NCBI GenBank assembly: GCA_026418195.1
Contig: JAOABU010000116.1
Location: forward strand, 2,977 to 66,976
Origin: Spirochaetota bacterium
GTDB taxonomy: Bacteria; Spirochaetota; Spirochaetia; DTKZ01
Reading direction: 5' to 3'
DNA length: 64,000 bases
In this document: piece by piece, positions 37,638-47,004 of the stretch
Position numbering within the stretch: position 1 is the first letter of the stretch
How the letters are laid out: each line of letters starts with the position of its first letter
Notes under the pieces: generated by a model
Seen by the model: the letters and a program-made list of their open reading frames with translations, nothing else
Told to the model about the DNA's origin: nothing
Databases searched by the model: none
Translations under genes and position numbers: made by a program

Positions 37638-38362
37638 TCTAGCTTCTTACCTTCAACCAAGAACTGAACCCCTTGAATGCCAGGGAACTCAGTTACGGTG
37701 AATACAATCTGACGCACCTGCGTGTGGTACCCTTCTGAGCCGAACGGGTTGAACCGAAAGGATTCGCTGAGATCAATGTAGGCAATTCCATCTCTGATAT
37801 TGACAGATTTGATTTCAGTTCCTGAAGGGATGAGACTGGAAATCCCTCCTTCCTTCTCTGTAGGTAATGGGCCTTTCAGAAGTTCTTTCAATGTTTCGGA
37901 AAGAGGTGCACTGCGATACGAAATTTTACGTTCTACCGGAAAAAGCTCTGGTTTCCCGCTTTCAGAAATCCGAACGAAGTATAGTTTTGAATTACGGGTG
38001 TGGGTGGGTGGTGTGGCGGATTTTACAGCCCCTCCCCCTAGGGATTCTACGGTTGTGGTGGATGGGATGGAGGAAGTTGGAGTGGTTTTTTGAGGCAACA
38101 CAGTGCCTTCCTCCTTTACAATGGCTGGGGATTCTTCAGAGACTTCAGTAGCAGTATCTCCCGAAGAGGATTTCGGGCCTTTGACTGTGGTTTCTGGAAG
38201 AGGGCTCGGGCTAAGTGAACTTCCCTTTCGATAGTCCCCTCCTAAATGGTCTGCGATCCATTTGGGAACCTGTACTCTAGAACCAATGTACAGGATGGCA
38301 ATGAAACAAAGTAATGCAATCCAAAACACTATACCGAAGGAGGATTTTTTCTCTTTCCCCAT
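37565..38362 (-). CDS. membrane-anchored GerMN-domain protein with a Pro/Ser/Thr-rich linker
   Basis: Start trimmed to the ATG at 38362 (MGKEKKSSFGIVFWIALLCFIAIL, a TM helix). A PST-rich low-complexity linker is followed by a C-terminal GerMN-like domain (YFVRISESGKPELFPVER...LKELLKGP). The 3' end overlaps tlyA convergently by 73 nt. Confidence 0.6.
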   Translation of the reverse strand: MGKEKKSSFGIVFWIALLCFIAILYIGSRVQVPKWIADHLGGDYRKGSSLSPSPLPETTVKGPKSSSGDTATEVSEESPAIVKEEGTVLPQKTTPTSSIPSTTTVESLGGGAVKSATPPTHTRNSKLYFVRISESGKPELFPVERKISYRSAPLSETLKELLKGPLPTEKEGGISSLIPSGTEIKSVNIRDGIAYIDLSESFRFNPFGSEGYHTQVRQIVFTVTEFPGIQGVQFLVEGKKLDYLSPEGVYIGKPLSRESFNSRTR

Positions 38363-38432
38363 ACTAAGGTGAATTTCGGCGGAAAAAGAATCGGATTTGA
38401 CAGTGAAAAGAAAAGCACGTATAGTTTCCCCT

Positions 38433-40175
38433 ATGATGGAGTTGAAAGGGATTCCTGCCTCTCCTGGTATTGTAACCGGAAAGGCGTTTCTATATCTGGA
38501 CGACAATCCCCCTATTCCCAAGTACGATATATCTCCTTCTATCATCCCGTTGGAACTAGAACGATTTGAGGAGGCTCAACGCAAGGCTATACGGGAGCTT
38601 GAGATATTAAAACAGCGAACCAATAGCGAAATGTCGGAAGAGACTGTTGGAGTTCTAGACTCCCACCTCATGCTACTCCAAGATCCAGAGGTGAGGGAAA
38701 GGATCGTAGAAGAACTTTACGCACAAAAGAAGAACATCGAATGGGTTATCCACATGACGATCCAATCCTATCTAGAGAAGCTGAACCATACATCAGACCC
38801 CTACCTTCGTGAACGAACCGCAGATATTAACGATGTAACTCGTCGTGTACTGAATCATCTCCTTCATCGGGAGCGGATCTCTCTCTCGGATATTGGGGAA
38901 GAGGTGATCTTAGTAGGGAAGGACCTCTTGCCTTCTGAAGCGATTGCCATGAACAAGCGGATGATCTTAGGAATTGCCTTAGATGAGGGAGGTAAAACTT
39001 CCCATACGGCCATCCTTGCTCGAGCCTTCGAGATTCCCGCTGTGCTAGGGTTGAGGGAGATCACCAAGCATGTTCATACCGGGGACGAAATCCTAATTGA
39101 TGGCAATCGTGGAATAGTAATTCTGAAACCCGATGAGGCCACGAAAACATACTATATGAAAACCCTCGAGGCTAGAACAAAAAAGGAAGTTGAACTCCTT
39201 AGCCTCAATGAACTTCCTGCAGAGACCAAGGACGGAAAACTCATTTGCCTTATGGGAAATATCGAAGTACCTGAAGAAGTAGAGGCTTTGAAGGGACATG
39301 GCGCTGAGGGAGTAGGGTTGTACCGTTCTGAGTTCCTATTCCTAAATCCTGGGAGGCTCCCCAGTGAGCAAATGCAGTACGAAGCTTACCGTAGGGTATT
39401 GGAAGCGATGGAGGGAAAAACCGTCACTATCCGTACCCTTGACCTAGGGGGGGACAAGATCATTCCAGATCTGGTAGATGCAAACGAAAAAAACCCTCTT
39501 CTGGGTTGGCGCGCTATTCGGTTCTGTCTATCCAGGGTGAACATTTTTCGGACTCAGTTGCGAGCTTTATTCCGAGCTTCCGTCCATGGAAAACTTCAGA
39601 TCATGTTTCCCATGATCTCGGGAATCGAGGAATTGAACCAAACCCTAGAACTAGTAGAGCAAGTGAAGCAAGACCTGCGTTCAGAGGGAGTCCCGTTCAA
39701 TGAAAAAGTAGCTATCGGGTGTATGATCGAGATTCCCTCTGCAGCGTTGACCTCAGACGTCTTGGCTCGGAAGGTAGAGTTCTTCTCCATAGGAACAAAC
39801 GACCTCATTCAGTACACTATCGCGGTAGACCGTGGGAATCAACGGACTGCATACCTATATGAACCCTTCCACCCTGCCGTGCTCCGACTGATTCGTATGA
39901 CGGTGGAAAATGCCCATGCCGTTGGGATTCCAGTGGCTATGTGTGGAGAGATGGCTGGCGATCCATTAGCTACCGTGATCCTTCTGGGGTTAGGGCTCGA
40001 TGAGCTGAGTATGAACGCTTTTTCCATTCCAGCGGTCAAAAAGATCATTCGGTCGGTTTCCATGGCAGAGGCAGAGGAGTTGGTAGGGACGGTGATGGAG
40101 ATGCGTTCAGGAAAGGAGATCGATACGTATGTCCGACAGCTCATGGAGAAGCGATTTGACCTCAATACCTATTGA
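38433..40175 (+). CDS. ptsI: phosphoenolpyruvate-protein phosphotransferase (PTS Enzyme I)
   Basis: MMELKGIPASPGIVTGKA N-terminus, phospho-His region GGKTSHTAILARAFEIPAV, and a PEP-utilising C-terminal domain. Start trimmed to 38433. Confidence 0.85.
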   Translation: MMELKGIPASPGIVTGKAFLYLDDNPPIPKYDISPSIIPLELERFEEAQRKAIRELEILKQRTNSEMSEETVGVLDSHLMLLQDPEVRERIVEELYAQKKNIEWVIHMTIQSYLEKLNHTSDPYLRERTADINDVTRRVLNHLLHRERISLSDIGEEVILVGKDLLPSEAIAMNKRMILGIALDEGGKTSHTAILARAFEIPAVLGLREITKHVHTGDEILIDGNRGIVILKPDEATKTYYMKTLEARTKKEVELLSLNELPAETKDGKLICLMGNIEVPEEVEALKGHGAEGVGLYRSEFLFLNPGRLPSEQMQYEAYRRVLEAMEGKTVTIRTLDLGGDKIIPDLVDANEKNPLLGWRAIRFCLSRVNIFRTQLRALFRASVHGKLQIMFPMISGIEELNQTLELVEQVKQDLRSEGVPFNEKVAIGCMIEIPSAALTSDVLARKVEFFSIGTNDLIQYTIAVDRGNQRTAYLYEPFHPAVLRLIRMTVENAHAVGIPVAMCGEMAGDPLATVILLGLGLDELSMNAFSIPAVKKIIRSVSMAEAEELVGTVMEMRSGKEIDTYVRQLMEKRFDLNTY

Positions 40176-41532
40176 ACCGAAACCATCGCAGAAAGTTCCG
40201 TTAGTCGCTATCGTAGGAAGACCGAACGTAGGGAAATCTACCCTCTTCAACCGATTGATCGGGAAACGGAAGGCTATCACCCATTCGATGGCTGGAGTTA
40301 CCCGAGATCCTGTCAAGACTCGTTGGCAATATCGGGACCGAGAAGTCTTTCTGGTAGACACGGGAGGGATCCGGACTGAAGAGGTGTTACCCCTCGATCA
40401 GTTGGTGATTCGCAAGAGTTTTCAGGTGATCAGAGAGGCTGACTGTATCATCCTTCTCGTTTCCATTGAAGGAATCACTGGCGAAGATGAGGAACTGCTG
40501 GAAGACTTACGGCCATTTTCCCATAAGGTGCTATTGGTAGTAAACAAAGTTGATACGGAGGAACGGGAAACACAGTTAGGAGAGTTCTTCGGACTTGGCT
40601 TCGGAGATCCAATCCCTATCTCTGCAGCCCATGGAAGAAACTGTGAGGAACTATCGGAGCGGGTGTTTTCCTTTCTTGATAGGGAAGGGACCTTTCAGGA
40701 GCAGAAGGAAGTCAGGGAAACAGAGGGAGTAGAGGTTCTAACCCTGGCAGTATTAGGGAAACCCAATACAGGGAAGTCTACTCTGGTGAATCGACTGTTA
40801 GGAAAGGAAGTATCGATTGTTTCGGATATACCGGGTACCACACGGGACATAGTGGAGGAGTGTTTCCTATTCGAAGGGAAAAAGATTCGCATCTTTGATA
40901 CAGCGGGGATCCGAAGAAAAACAAAGGTTAGGGAAGATGTGGAGTACTACTCGGTCCATCGAGCACTGGAGGGCATCCGGGATGCAGACGTGATCCTTCT
41001 TCTGATCGATGCAGCAGAGGGGTTAACCGAGCAGGACAAGAAAATCGCAGCTCAAGTGGTCAAGAAGGGAAGGGGAATTATTCTGGCAGTGAATAAATGG
41101 GACATCATCAAGGGGGGGAAACGCGCAGTTCGAGAAGTGGAGGATAGGATTCGGTTCCAATTCCCGGTATTAGATTTCGCTCCCATCCTACCTATTTCCG
41201 CAAAAACAGGTTTCAATTTGGAAACCCTAATGAAAACTGCCTTCTCCCTAAAAAAACAACTCCAAACGAGGATTAAGACTTCTACATTGAACCGTGCGCT
41301 GGAACGATGGGTGGAAAGGAACCCTCCTCCTCAGGTGGGAAAGAAGAGGTATAAGGTTCGGTTCATCACCCAGGTTCGAGCTTCACCTGTGCGGTTTGTC
41401 CTGTTTGTGAACCGGATTGAAGGGTTCCCTAGTTTCTATGTGGGGTATATTCGAAATAGATTGAGGGAGGAGTTCCAACTTTCTCTGATCCCCATTGACA
41501 TTGAATTGAAATCTCGAGGTTCAACCTCATGA
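40129..41532 (+). CDS. der: ribosome-associated GTPase Der (EngA), tandem GTPase domains + KH-like domain
   Basis: 467 aa. Two G-domains (GRPNVGKSTLFNRL...DTGG; GKPNTGKSTLVNRL...DTAG..NKWD). RBS AAGGAG lies 9 nt upstream. The start overlaps the ptsI 3' end by 47 nt. Confidence 0.9.
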   Translation: MSDSSWRSDLTSIPIEPKPSQKVPLVAIVGRPNVGKSTLFNRLIGKRKAITHSMAGVTRDPVKTRWQYRDREVFLVDTGGIRTEEVLPLDQLVIRKSFQVIREADCIILLVSIEGITGEDEELLEDLRPFSHKVLLVVNKVDTEERETQLGEFFGLGFGDPIPISAAHGRNCEELSERVFSFLDREGTFQEQKEVRETEGVEVLTLAVLGKPNTGKSTLVNRLLGKEVSIVSDIPGTTRDIVEECFLFEGKKIRIFDTAGIRRKTKVREDVEYYSVHRALEGIRDADVILLLIDAAEGLTEQDKKIAAQVVKKGRGIILAVNKWDIIKGGKRAVREVEDRIRFQFPVLDFAPILPISAKTGFNLETLMKTAFSLKKQLQTRIKTSTLNRALERWVERNPPPQVGKKRYKVRFITQVRASPVRFVLFVNRIEGFPSFYVGYIRNRLREEFQLSLIPIDIELKSRGSTS

Positions 41533-42812
41533 AACGAAAAAGTCTAGGGGAAGTGTGTCGACTCCTGGATCTTAGACCCCATGTAATTCGGTATTGGGAG
41601 CAGATGATTCCTCTGTTCGAACCCGAGAAGAATTTGTCTGGTCGTCGCACCTATGGTGAACGAGAAATCCACCTCCTCTATCGATTGAAGTATCTCGTTC
41701 AAGAGCGAAAGTTCACCTTGGAAGGGGCACTACAAGCTCTAGTGGAAGAGAGTGAAGATCAATTTGCCAATACCAAGGCGAATATACAATCTCTTCGACG
41801 GGTTCTGTTAGAAATCCGGGAGTCTCTGGAAACTGTTGAAACTCTTTGGGAAAAATCAAGAACCAGGATCGAACTTCCTGGGCAGGAGCATGTTGAAAGA
41901 ATCCTCCTTCGGGTATCCCCCCAAAAGCAGAGGCTAATTTTCCAAGGGCTACGGGACATCTCCAAAGAGTCTATCACCTTGGCCCAAGCCTTATTGGACC
42001 GAGTAAGACCCGTACAACCGTTAAAGGCTACGATTCTGAGTCTAACGGAACCTACCAGGGAAGAGGAGGAAATCCCCGAACCCTTCGAGATATTATTCAC
42101 CCAGGGAGCAATAGGAGTTCTCACCTTTCTTCCCAATTCGGAGAAGCCTTTATCGTTCCGTTGGTTTCAACCCCTAGCTGAACGGATCCGTAATGTGGCA
42201 TACCTGTATGGTCGAATGGTTCCTTGGTGGATTTTCGGTGAATCTCAAAGAATTGACTGGGTAAAAAAAATCTTCCAACAGGAAGGTTTCTTTGGAATGG
42301 ATCCAAGGGCGATCCTATTCGTAAAAGAACCTGTGTTCCCTTACTTGAGAGAGGGGAAATTGGTAATTTTAGGTGAAGGAGAAATTGGACGATACTCTTC
42401 TGGAGTGGGCGGCAGCCTATTGATGTTAAAATCCCGTTCCTTTCAGCGCTTCATACAGCAAACGGGTATTCGTTGGTTCTATGTGCTCCCTTTAAACAGA
42501 TTCGCCTTGAGATTTCCCAATGCAGATTTATTGAAAACCGCAGTTGGTATGAAACTCCCTATACTAGGAACCGTTCTATCAAACGAAGGAGGGTTCCTTA
42601 CCTCAGGAATCTACCTGATAGAAGAAACGTTCCTCCGAAATTGCGATGTACCGTTTTCTGTGGAGGAAGTTCGAATGAGGATCATCAATCCTAAAGGAAC
42701 ATCGGTCGATGATCTAGAGGAAGGGGTGGTACGCCGGCTTTCTTCAGGTTTGTATCGGTTATTCGAGCAGATTCCCAACCCCGTACTGGTCCAGGAGAAG
42801 GTACATTGGTAA
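41529..42812 (+). CDS. MerR-type HTH fused to a roughly 350-aa C-terminal domain of unknown function
   Basis: 427 aa. The N-terminal LGEVCRLLDLRPHVIRYWEQ...GRRTYGEREIHLLYRLKYL matches the MerR HTH pattern. The start overlaps the der stop (ATGA). Confidence 0.55.
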   Translation: MKRKSLGEVCRLLDLRPHVIRYWEQMIPLFEPEKNLSGRRTYGEREIHLLYRLKYLVQERKFTLEGALQALVEESEDQFANTKANIQSLRRVLLEIRESLETVETLWEKSRTRIELPGQEHVERILLRVSPQKQRLIFQGLRDISKESITLAQALLDRVRPVQPLKATILSLTEPTREEEEIPEPFEILFTQGAIGVLTFLPNSEKPLSFRWFQPLAERIRNVAYLYGRMVPWWIFGESQRIDWVKKIFQQEGFFGMDPRAILFVKEPVFPYLREGKLVILGEGEIGRYSSGVGGSLLMLKSRSFQRFIQQTGIRWFYVLPLNRFALRFPNADLLKTAVGMKLPILGTVLSNEGGFLTSGIYLIEETFLRNCDVPFSVEEVRMRIINPKGTSVDDLEEGVVRRLSSGLYRLFEQIPNPVLVQEKVHW

Positions 42813-44113
42813 GCGAGTGTATGCGATTCTTCGTTTTACTGTCATGGTTCTTAGGGGTATTACGAGTCCCTATTTTTCCACAACCCTGGGGAGGGGTTGG
42901 AACCTTTCAATCAGAGATTATCGAAGTATGGGAAAAGGAGAATGTGGAAGCGAGACTCGCTTTTCGTCAGCTATTCACTGCGACGTTAGAAGAACTGGAT
43001 CGCTTTCGAGAACGGGTTGTCCTTCAACGAACTGGGGGGAGTAGAGTGAAAGTCAGTACGGAACGATCCAACGGGGCAGTCTACATCCTATTTCGAAACG
43101 AAAGTGCAGGGGATTTCCCTGTCTACTCTGCGGGATCTTGGATTTTGAAAAGGGATGGAAAAACAGGCGCTCTGATACAGGTGAAGATCTTCTATCGGAC
43201 CGAACCACGCTGCTACCTTCGCCTGTTTCCCTCTGGGGGGAAAACCCTCATGGACGTGTATTTGTTCGATTCCTTATTATATAAGTCGGTTCCCATAGGA
43301 ACAAATCTTTCCCTCCTTTTAACGGAACCTTTCCAACAGATCCTGGATCGGACCAGGAGCACAGTAGACTGGTCCATTCTGCTGCGCACCATGGACTCAA
43401 GCTTCTATTCTTCTGTATTGACTATGGTTCAAAAAATCCGGAAAGAACTTCCCAAACTTCCCGATGCAGAGGATGGGGCAATGGATAGGAGCGGGAAGCT
43501 GGTGTTCATTGCAAACCTCCGAGCACAGGAACGTTTACCGGGTTTCAATTGTTCAGGCTTCGCCAAATGGGTGGCAGATGGTCTGTATAGACCCCGAACG
43601 GGACAGTATCTTGATATCCAACTACTGAAGGAAAAACACTTTTTCCGTAGAGGATCTAGAATTACGAACCGGTTCGAAGAAGAGCGGGATCCTTTCTTCG
43701 GATTAGATTGGACCCGGAATATTGCTCGAGCTCTCGCAGGAGGGGGAGATCCAGAGAAGCAGGATGTTAGGTATGTTCCATTCTGGAAATATCGGGAAGA
43801 TGTGGGGTATCCGATACAGGATATCGAGGGTATCCTATTTTCCTTAGCAATCTTAGAACCTGGCAATTTCTATCTTGGTTCCATCAACCGGGAGTATGGT
43901 ACGAATCCAGTTTTGCGACAACACGTGCATGTGGTAGTCTTGTTCCCGTATTTTACCTCCAACGGAGAGTTCCATGTGGCCGTGTTCGAACGGAATGTGG
44001 AAACAGACCTTTCTTTCCTTAGGAGGAAGTTCGATGGAACCTTCATTCACTTGGTACGGATCAAGGCAGATTCTTCGTTCGAACCTCCTAGGATTGAATA
44101 CATGATTGAATAA
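42806..44113 (+). CDS. secreted protein with an NlpC/P60-like cysteine peptidase motif
   Basis: 435 aa. N-terminal hydrophobic signal. GFNCSGFAKWVADGLY resembles the NlpC/P60 catalytic Cys motif. A downstream His-containing segment (EFHVAVFE) sits in a plausible position. The ATG at 42821 is an alternative start. Confidence 0.45.
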   Translation: MVSECMRFFVLLSWFLGVLRVPIFPQPWGGVGTFQSEIIEVWEKENVEARLAFRQLFTATLEELDRFRERVVLQRTGGSRVKVSTERSNGAVYILFRNESAGDFPVYSAGSWILKRDGKTGALIQVKIFYRTEPRCYLRLFPSGGKTLMDVYLFDSLLYKSVPIGTNLSLLLTEPFQQILDRTRSTVDWSILLRTMDSSFYSSVLTMVQKIRKELPKLPDAEDGAMDRSGKLVFIANLRAQERLPGFNCSGFAKWVADGLYRPRTGQYLDIQLLKEKHFFRRGSRITNRFEEERDPFFGLDWTRNIARALAGGGDPEKQDVRYVPFWKYREDVGYPIQDIEGILFSLAILEPGNFYLGSINREYGTNPVLRQHVHVVVLFPYFTSNGEFHVAVFERNVETDLSFLRRKFDGTFIHLVRIKADSSFEPPRIEYMIE

Positions 44114-44142
44114 ATGAAACTACTGGGTTATTTTTATTCCGT

Positions 44143-47004
44143 ATGGGGAAGAAAGTAGCCCTTTCGATTTTCCTTCTGTTTTTTTCGGTACTTTCAGTCT
44201 TCACCCAAAGCTCCTATGAACGGGGAGAACGTCTATATATGGAGGGCAACTACCCTCTCGCATTGGATGCTTTCGATGCCTTCTTACGTTCTTCCCCTGA
44301 CTCACCGTTTGTCGCGGATGCTCAGTTTCGCCGAGCACAGATACTGTTTCATCTAAAAAGGTACAAGGAAGCGGACGAATTGTTTCAACGGATTGAAGTT
44401 CGATACTCCTCTACCCAGTACTATGCGCATCTACCCTTTTGGTCTGGGATGGCTGCGTATGGATTGAAAGATTATGGAAGAGCCGAGCAGCTTCTCTCGA
44501 AATACCTCCGTGGAAATCCTTCGAGTGAAGCTAGGAAACGAGCCCTTCTATACCGTTCTTTGGCTCAGAAGGAACTAGGTCGGTTATCCGAAGCGAAGGA
44601 AGGGTTACAACAGCTATTTACTCCAGAATACTTACAAACTCCAGATCCGGAAGCTCTGGTGCTGTATGGGGCCATTGCTCTATCGTTGGGCGATCTGGAG
44701 GGTCTTGTATCCTTCTACCGCCAAGTTTCGATCGAAAAGCTTCCTGAACCCGCGCGAAGTAGGTTTTTGCTTTTTGTAGGGGAAGCCTGTTACCAACGTT
44801 CCCTTTATAGGGAAGCGGTGGAGGTGTTTGCCTCTGTATCACCCACGCTGGAAAAGGAGAAGGTCTACGCCTTGAAGAGAGCCATTCAGTGTTTCGCATC
44901 TCTTCGGGAACCGCAGTACATTCTTACGGTGCTGGAGGAAGGACGACGATCGTTGAAAAACAGTCCTGCTTCCCTTGCCGAAGTTTGGGAGTTTGGGGGA
45001 AGGCACCTTTTTCGAGCCCGGGAGTATGAGAATACCATCCGTTATCTGGAGATTCTCAAGGAAAGCGGAATAGGGTTAAGTTCCTATGGGTTGGGAATCC
45101 TGGCGGACAGCTACCGTCGTACAGGGAACCTTTCTAAAGCATATTCGGTTTTACTAGGTGTTCCTTCCGCTGAGGATCTTCTTCTCCTCCAAGGGCAGAT
45201 CGAAGCCCAGATGGGTAACTGGGCGGAAGCGGAAAAGACTCTTAGAAGTTGGTTTCTTTCGTATCCCAATAGTTCGTTACAGTTTCCTGCTCTGTTTCTT
45301 TTAGTTTGGGTAGTGGAAAAACAGGGGAGAATCGAGGATGCATTGAACATTACCTATAACTTTTCCCAAACCAGTATACTTCCAGAAGAAGCGTTAGTAC
45401 TTCTTCGTTATCGAGCAGTTCTTTTAGGAAAGTTAGGTCGAGACGCAGAAGCCTTGAGCGTCTGGGAAACCTACCTGAAACATCGAGAAGAAGATGTAGA
45501 AGGGAGAATAGAACGCCTGAGACTCCTTCTCTCAGCTAGTAGAAAAGCCTCTGTAATCCTAAAAGAAGTAGAGACCCTTATACAGAAAGGCCTTCCTCCG
45601 CACCTATTAGAGGCAGTCCGATTATTGAAGGGGGTTGCCCTTCTGGAAGAACGAAGCTTTACAGAAGCTAAGTTAATTCTAGAACAGGTAGCATTCTCGA
45701 AAGGGCAGAGTTCTTCCAGAAACGATCTCCGTCTCTACGCTACCTTTTATCTGGGTTGGGCTTACTATCAATTGGGTAACTATACAGCTTCCCTGGATGT
45801 GTATAGATCCCTCTTAAAAGAATTGGACTTGAACTCCGAACTGCGAGAGAGATCTGTGTACTACGGAGCATGGAGTGCATATACCTTGAAACAATTCGAC
45901 CTTGCCTATTCATTGCTGAACTCGTTTCTCATCAGGAAGGAAAGTCCTTTATGGGCGCGAGCTTGGTTCTTACGGGCAAAAACTCTCTATATGCTGGGGA
46001 AAAAACGAGATGCTCAGGAAGCTTTTCAAACTGTGTTTACAGAAAAACCTGTAGACCCGTTAGCGGATGATGCTCTATATGAGTATGCCAAGATTTTCGA
46101 GGAGTTCGATCAACCAGATCAGGCCTCCGAGGCGTACCTTACTCTTTTTCAACGGTACCCTTCTAGCCCGTTTAAGGATCAATCCTTGTACAGACGAGGA
46201 GAAACGTTCTATGCATCAAAACGGTACAGAGAGGCAAAGGTAGCCTTTTCTCAGTATCGGTCGATGCTACCTAGGGGAGTCTCGATGGACCGCACTCTCT
46301 ATTGGGAAGGAATGGCGTCTTATAGAGTAGGGGAACCGTATGCTGCTGTTCTTCTGTGGGAACGACTCATTTGGGAATATCCCAGAAGTACCCTTCGTTC
46401 GGAGGCTCTCATCCAGGTATCTACTGTCTTGTCTGAATTAGGAGAATATTCTGGATCCCTTCGGTACCTCAAACAGTTGGCGCAAGAATATCCAGAAGAG
46501 GGTAGATCGGATACAATCCAACGACGGATCCGAGAACTGGAGCTTTTACAAACAGGAGCAACAGATCGGGAAGCATCCCTCAAAGTTCAATTGGAGGAAT
46601 CCAACGGAGTAACCACGGAGAGGGGTAGAAGAATAGCCATAGAGTTAGTGAAGTTGTACTTATACGAGATGGGTGGAAAGAGGGCAGAAGAGGAAGCGGA
46701 ACGATGGTTGAAAGAGATCCTTGCACAAGGAGAACAGAAAGAATTGTCTGAGGTTAAATTCTTGATGGGAGACCTCTCTCGATTACGGGGAAATCTACTA
46801 GAAGCTGCTACCTACTATGGGGAAGCAGCCTCTTCCCCAACTGCCGATACAGATCTTGTCACGAGGGCCCTCTACCAAGCAGTGAAGGTATTGGCATTAG
46901 CGGGGAGACAGGAGGAGGCACGAAAGTACTTCGAGGTACTGCAAAAAAGATTTCCAGAATCGCCCTGGACTCTTGAGGGCGGAAAGGTACTAGGGCTTCC
47001 ATGA
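44143..47004 (+). CDS. large TPR-repeat protein with signal peptide
   Basis: 953 aa. N-terminal signal peptide and many 34-residue TPR-like repeats (A/Y/L/W periodicity, e.g. ...YYQLGNYTASLDVYRSLL...). Confidence 0.75.
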   Translation: MGKKVALSIFLLFFSVLSVFTQSSYERGERLYMEGNYPLALDAFDAFLRSSPDSPFVADAQFRRAQILFHLKRYKEADELFQRIEVRYSSTQYYAHLPFWSGMAAYGLKDYGRAEQLLSKYLRGNPSSEARKRALLYRSLAQKELGRLSEAKEGLQQLFTPEYLQTPDPEALVLYGAIALSLGDLEGLVSFYRQVSIEKLPEPARSRFLLFVGEACYQRSLYREAVEVFASVSPTLEKEKVYALKRAIQCFASLREPQYILTVLEEGRRSLKNSPASLAEVWEFGGRHLFRAREYENTIRYLEILKESGIGLSSYGLGILADSYRRTGNLSKAYSVLLGVPSAEDLLLLQGQIEAQMGNWAEAEKTLRSWFLSYPNSSLQFPALFLLVWVVEKQGRIEDALNITYNFSQTSILPEEALVLLRYRAVLLGKLGRDAEALSVWETYLKHREEDVEGRIERLRLLLSASRKASVILKEVETLIQKGLPPHLLEAVRLLKGVALLEERSFTEAKLILEQVAFSKGQSSSRNDLRLYATFYLGWAYYQLGNYTASLDVYRSLLKELDLNSELRERSVYYGAWSAYTLKQFDLAYSLLNSFLIRKESPLWARAWFLRAKTLYMLGKKRDAQEAFQTVFTEKPVDPLADDALYEYAKIFEEFDQPDQASEAYLTLFQRYPSSPFKDQSLYRRGETFYASKRYREAKVAFSQYRSMLPRGVSMDRTLYWEGMASYRVGEPYAAVLLWERLIWEYPRSTLRSEALIQVSTVLSELGEYSGSLRYLKQLAQEYPEEGRSDTIQRRIRELELLQTGATDREASLKVQLEESNGVTTERGRRIAIELVKLYLYEMGGKRAEEEAERWLKEILAQGEQKELSEVKFLMGDLSRLRGNLLEAATYYGEAASSPTADTDLVTRALYQAVKVLALAGRQEEARKYFEVLQKRFPESPWTLEGGKVLGLP

